Source of the DNA: a virus
Taxonomy: Duplodnaviria; Caudoviricetes
Length of the DNA: 46,964 bases
Virus record (IMG/VR): IMGVR_UViG_3300011337_000132
Coordinates: 1-46,964 of that record
Direction: 5' to 3' (one strand)
Shown: positions 43,334 through 46,964 of the stretch, one piece after another
Layout of the letters: every line of letters begins with the position of its first letter
Position numbering within the stretch: position 1 is the stretch's first letter
The notes under the pieces: generated by a model
Seen by the model: the letters and a program-made list of their open reading frames with translations, nothing else
What the model was told of the DNA's origin: nothing
Databases searched by the model: none
Program-made: the position numbers and the translations under genes

Positions 43334-43478
43334 TGTCTATCTCTTTTAACTTATCGAAGCGTTCAATAATGATATCTTCAAATCTATCATAGAACTCTTC
43401 TGGGTCTAGGTCAAGGATTTCTACAAGTTCGAGAACAGAGAATCGATCAAGGATAAGTTGTTTAAGTTCGAAACTCAT
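43296..43478 (-). CDS. Small acidic conserved protein
   Basis: MSFELKQLILDRFSVLELVEILDL...DRFED; AGGA SD. Confidence 0.7.
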   Translation of the reverse strand: MSFELKQLILDRFSVLELVEILDLDPEEFYDRFEDIIIERFDKLKEIDNGLEKEKFSEEN

Positions 43479-44217
43479 CTTTAATCCTGTCCATGCTAAT
43501 CCATTCATGGTCGTACATACCGTTGTGTACACCACGTTTAATGATTACTCCCGGCCACCACATCTTGTTAGCCTCCCCTGCATAGTCATGCTTCCTATCG
43601 ATGTAGCAACCTACGACTAGGCCCAGAAGTCTTCGTCCGTCAGGTCCAGTCCTCTCTGCGAAATCTCTAGTGTGAGTGTGGCCCTGCGTGCAGGATACGA
43701 ACTGCTTGGTGAGTAGAGTGTATGCTTGATGTTCACCGCTTGTAGCTCTACCCATGACCCCCGTTGGGAAATAGTGAGCGTAATAAACACCATCGACTTC
43801 AACAGGTTCCAGAAAAGGATAAGCTTCCCAGCCAAAGTCTTCGTATTGTAGATCCTGTACGGAGATGGTTCCATCCAAGACAGCATCCTTCTGGATAGCT
43901 TTCTCAATCCTAGCATAGTCATGGTTCCCTGTTGTCATGATAAAGCGAGGTAGCTTCTTCTTAGTCTCGCGGATAGGCTTGAACATCAACTCCTGTGCGA
44001 TGCAGGAAGCTTCGATATCCTTCTTGTACCTTCGTCCTTCGAAGCCCTTCGTACCCCTATCGTAGGAGCAGAGGGAAGGCATGTCAGCCCAGTCACCAAT
44101 GCAGATAACAGTATCAGGCTTGACACTAGCGATGAGTTTACCAAGGTAACTGAACCGTGACAAGTCCTCATCTGGTGCTGCATGAGGATCAGGAATAATG
44201 AGATGAGTATTACTCAA
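43462..44217 (-). CDS. Calcineurin-like metallophosphoesterase
   Basis: DPH, GDWAD, GNHD, H, QGHTH motifs. Confidence 0.9.
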   Translation of the reverse strand: MSNTHLIIPDPHAAPDEDLSRFSYLGKLIASVKPDTVICIGDWADMPSLCSYDRGTKGFEGRRYKKDIEASCIAQELMFKPIRETKKKLPRFIMTTGNHDYARIEKAIQKDAVLDGTISVQDLQYEDFGWEAYPFLEPVEVDGVYYAHYFPTGVMGRATSGEHQAYTLLTKQFVSCTQGHTHTRDFAERTGPDGRRLLGLVVGCYIDRKHDYAGEANKMWWPGVIIKRGVHNGMYDHEWISMDRIKDEFRT

Positions 44218-44392
44218 TAGCTATATCCTCTTCATCAAGAAGACCAACTGCAATGCAGAGGTCAACTTCCATTTCCTCTAGTGCTTCAGCCCACTCAGTA
44301 TCATCTTGGTACATATCACCATCATCATACTTTGTTTCGAGATAGACCTTAACGAGTGCCTTCAGTTCCTCAAACTCTTCTCTGATTGTCAT
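44210..44392 (-). CDS. Small acidic protein (copy of 336..518)
   Basis: Identical translation. Confidence 0.75.
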   Translation of the reverse strand: MTIREEFEELKALVKVYLETKYDDGDMYQDDTEWAEALEEMEVDLCIAVGLLDEEDIAIE

Positions 44393-44414
44393 GATACTCT
44401 CCTATTAGAATGAA

Positions 44415-44490
44415 TGGTGCTGGTAGTAGGACTCGAACCCACGACCTCCTGATTACAAATCAGATGCTCTACCAACTGAGCTATACCAGC
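44415..44490 (-). tRNA. tRNA-Thr(UGU), repeat copy
   Basis: Same as 541-616. Confidence 0.95.
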
Positions 44491-44491
44491 T

Positions 44492-44568
44492 TGGCCTACC
44501 CTGCTGGACTCGAACCAGCGACCCATAGCTTAGAAGGCTATTGCTCTATCCAACTGAGCTAAGGGTAG
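44492..44568 (-). tRNA. tRNA-Arg(UCU), repeat copy
   Basis: Same as 618-694. Confidence 0.95.
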
Positions 44569-44582
44569 TTATCAAATGATAA

Positions 44583-44933
44583 TTAATCTGGTACCCTACC
44601 GTAGTTCTTCTCAGTAGTTAGATACAGATACAAACGCTTTGCCATTTCTGCATCGTCTCTTAAGATCCTTCCAAGAAGCACATGATTGCAGCGGTAACAC
44701 AGCGCCCCTCGAATCTCTCCAGTCTTGTGATCGTGATCGACTGCAAGGTTTCTCCTTGGTCTGATCTTGTCAGGATGTCGTTGACATATAGCACAAGTTC
44801 CTCCTTGGAGTTGAAGAATCGTGTTGTATCCATCCTTTGTAAGACCAAAGTCTTTAAAGATTCTGCGCCATCTTGATGGGCTATCATTAAGTGGCTTCTT
44901 TGTCTTCGTAGACTTTCGGTTCTTCCTCAACAT
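44583..44933 (-). CDS. Endonuclease VII (repeat copy)
   Basis: Identical translation. Confidence 0.9.
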   Translation of the reverse strand: MLRKNRKSTKTKKPLNDSPSRWRRIFKDFGLTKDGYNTILQLQGGTCAICQRHPDKIRPRRNLAVDHDHKTGEIRGALCYRCNHVLLGRILRDDAEMAKRLYLYLTTEKNYGRVPD

Positions 44934-45723
44934 GGGTCAGCCATACTGGGCCAGTACTATAGATAAACTTTCTAAGTGGTACATCTGAATAACATTCTTT
45001 CTTAAAGGAACAATAGGAACAACCAGTAGACAGCTTCATGTTACCGGACTTACCCATTGGTTCGGGTTCGAAGCAGCGAGTAGGGGGTGTCTCTTTACTA
45101 ACTACTTCCTTAACGTAAGCTATCCTAGCGTTAATGTCTACCCTATCAGTATCTTGCAGTGTCATAACAGCGATGTGACCATTCTGTTTGTCTACTGCTA
45201 CGTAGGCACCATCGTTTATACCCGTACCAGTTAGGTACCCGGACAACTGGGGAATGTATGCGAAGGGATCATCGTTACGAAGGCTACCATCCTTAAACTT
45301 CTTAAAGGAATAAGGGGAGGTACTCTTTACATCGATTAGAACACCATCGATAACAGCATCAATGTGACCAACAATACCATCAACAGTAACTTCTCGCTGT
45401 CGATCCGACACAGTGTGACCCGACACCTCAGCGAGGAATAGGACAACCTCTTCGATAATGTCACCATATAGGAACTTAAGGTATGTCGGTCCATTAAAGT
45501 CTTCCTTTGGAATGGAACTGTTAACTTCATACCACAGCATACGATCAGGCTTGCCAATGTTAGACATCCTGAGTGTACGCTTCTCTGTCTTAGGCTTCAT
45601 CCTGTCTTTGATTAGGCCAGCAAGACGATGCCCGAACTCAAGGCACGATGAGGTAATGTCCTCCTCAGTACCCTCTTCAAGTAGGTGGTGGATATCCTCA
45701 GCAAGGGTGTTAATAGAAGCCAT
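44887..45723 (-). CDS. Cas4-like exonuclease (repeat copy)
   Basis: Identical translation. Confidence 0.85.
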   Translation of the reverse strand: MASINTLAEDIHHLLEEGTEEDITSSCLEFGHRLAGLIKDRMKPKTEKRTLRMSNIGKPDRMLWYEVNSSIPKEDFNGPTYLKFLYGDIIEEVVLFLAEVSGHTVSDRQREVTVDGIVGHIDAVIDGVLIDVKSTSPYSFKKFKDGSLRNDDPFAYIPQLSGYLTGTGINDGAYVAVDKQNGHIAVMTLQDTDRVDINARIAYVKEVVSKETPPTRCFEPEPMGKSGNMKLSTGCSYCSFKKECYSDVPLRKFIYSTGPVWLTHVEEEPKVYEDKEAT

Positions 45724-46073
45724 TACCTATTGTCTCCATTACCCTGTAGCGTACCATTCTCCTGCCTCTTGCCCAACTTCTCTAGATTATGTAGGGCAAT
45801 TGAACTCATGGAGAAACCATGATGACTAGCAAGGCATGAGAGATACCAGAGAACATCACCAAGTTCTGCAAAGATCTTCTCCTTGAACAAGGGAGTATAA
45901 TCTCCAAAGAAATAGTCAGCCTCACTAGACCAATACCGGGGATCATGCCGTGCTGCCTTCTGCATAAGGGACATAACCTCCCCTATTTCAGCAGCAAGGC
46001 CATAGGTAAGATGCTCTTCGGTAGCTACAAGAAGAGTAGTAAGAGCCTTGTTCTGATAATCATCAAGGTCCAT
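45723..46073 (-). CDS. mazG: MazG-like protein (variant copy)
   Basis: Several substitutions vs 1849..2199. Confidence 0.9.
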   Translation of the reverse strand: MDLDDYQNKALTTLLVATEEHLTYGLAAEIGEVMSLMQKAARHDPRYWSSEADYFFGDYTPLFKEKIFAELGDVLWYLSCLASHHGFSMSSIALHNLEKLGKRQENGTLQGNGDNR

Positions 46074-46320
46074 CGGATAACTCCTTAATCAATCGGTTCA
46101 AGTACCACTGTGCCTTCTTGAGATCTTCAACAGGCTTCTTCTTATACCTCCAACGATGGAGATACTTCTTTGTGTTACCTTCGAGGTACCCAATAAAGTT
46201 ATCATAGGGCATGTTGTCCTTGAGGTAGTCGATGCACTCAACCCTACCCGAGTTGTAGTGGGAGGGAGACTCCACTGAATCCCCCTCCTTAGGCATTTCG
46301 TCAACAGAGTAGTACATCAA
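46063..46320 (-). CDS. DUF3310 protein (variant copy)
   Basis: PYDNF vs PFETF etc. Confidence 0.85.
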   Translation of the reverse strand: MMYYSVDEMPKEGDSVESPSHYNSGRVECIDYLKDNMPYDNFIGYLEGNTKKYLHRWRYKKKPVEDLKKAQWYLNRLIKELSDGP

Positions 46321-46893
46321 TTAGGCTTCGATCTCAAACGAGATAGACTTGGACTTCTTTGCCTTCACCTCAGCAGGAGGAAGTTCAGCAGACTTAGGGA
46401 AGGGGTCTTCCTCAGCGGTATCCATTGCATCAGCGAACTCGTTAGGCTTGCTATACTCTACAAGCTCAACGATCTTGAGGGTACCAAACTTCTTCTTCTT
46501 GTTCTCTTCATCCCAGTCAAGCATCTTGCCAAGCTTGATGACTTTACCATACTTAGGGGTATCGTAAGCCCGCCAGTACACGATGCACTCGGAGTCATTA
46601 CCAATCAAAGACTTCGTACGCTTACCGTTCTGATCGATGATAACCATCTCAGACTCAAAGCCCTTAAGATCCACGACAGCATTACGAAGGGTGAGGAACT
46701 TACCACCATTGTTAATGCGTTCCTTCCCACCTTTGATCTTACCATCAAGACGGAGTTCGATAAGCTTCTTCTCAATCTCAGGGGTAACAGCGAGGTTGAT
46801 CTCGTAGTTACCAAACTGAGAAGGCTCCTGCACATGTGCGAAGTAAACCTTGGTACGGAACTCACCAGTAATAGTCTTCGAAGCAGTAGTCAT
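46321..46893 (-). CDS. SSB (variant copy)
   Basis: One codon shorter than 2447..3022. Confidence 0.65.
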   Translation of the reverse strand: MTTASKTITGEFRTKVYFAHVQEPSQFGNYEINLAVTPEIEKKLIELRLDGKIKGGKERINNGGKFLTLRNAVVDLKGFESEMVIIDQNGKRTKSLIGNDSECIVYWRAYDTPKYGKVIKLGKMLDWDEENKKKKFGTLKIVELVEYSKPNEFADAMDTAEEDPFPKSAELPPAEVKAKKSKSISFEIEA

Positions 46894-46964
46894 TCGAGTA
46901 GTCTCCGCTAGTTGTTGATAGTCATATATTATCATGTCTTGGTATATTGTCAATGGGTTTCTGC

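Larger units (their letters stand above)
43875..46964. repeat. Right copy of contig-end direct repeat
   Basis: Matches 1-3093. Confidence 0.97.

Noticed and set aside
43875-46964. Repeat as the true direct terminal repeat of the virion DNA
   Set aside because: It begins and ends mid-gene and is partly diverged, which fits assembly overlap; real DTRs are identical and more likely lie in the 12.7-13.8 kb non-coding region.
1-46964. Prophage/temperate lifestyle or phage RNA polymerase
   Set aside because: No integrase, clear repressor, att site, host genes or single-subunit RNAP recognised.

Overview
Essentially a complete (~43.9 kb, circularly permuted) genome of a lytic podovirus with T7-like replication and virion genes but no RNA polymerase, resembling Zobellviridae/cobavirus-type phages. 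The host is probably an alphaproteobacterium (inference). The minus-strand arm carries small early genes, primase-helicase, PolA, SSB, DUF3310, MazG, a Cas4-like exonuclease, endonuclease VII, two tRNAs (Thr-UGU, Arg-UCU), a metallophosphoesterase and class II RNR. The plus-strand arm carries tail fibres, lysis genes, TerS/TerL, portal, scaffold, capsid, tail tube, internal virion proteins and six consecutive mostly very basic, low-complexity proteins. The arms diverge from a ~1.1 kb motif-rich control region (12.66-13.79 kb). Positions 1-3093 recur at 43875-46964, apparently identical for ~1.94 kb and then diverged. Main leads: (1) a PolA with paired substitutions at the steric-gate Glu and the motif B Tyr; (2) a GcrA-like HTH together with GANTC-containing late promoters; (3) a shared N-terminal leader on internal virion proteins; (4) the basic protein cluster; (5) several operator-like and RNA-structure motifs. 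All calls come from reading motifs by eye; no searches were run.
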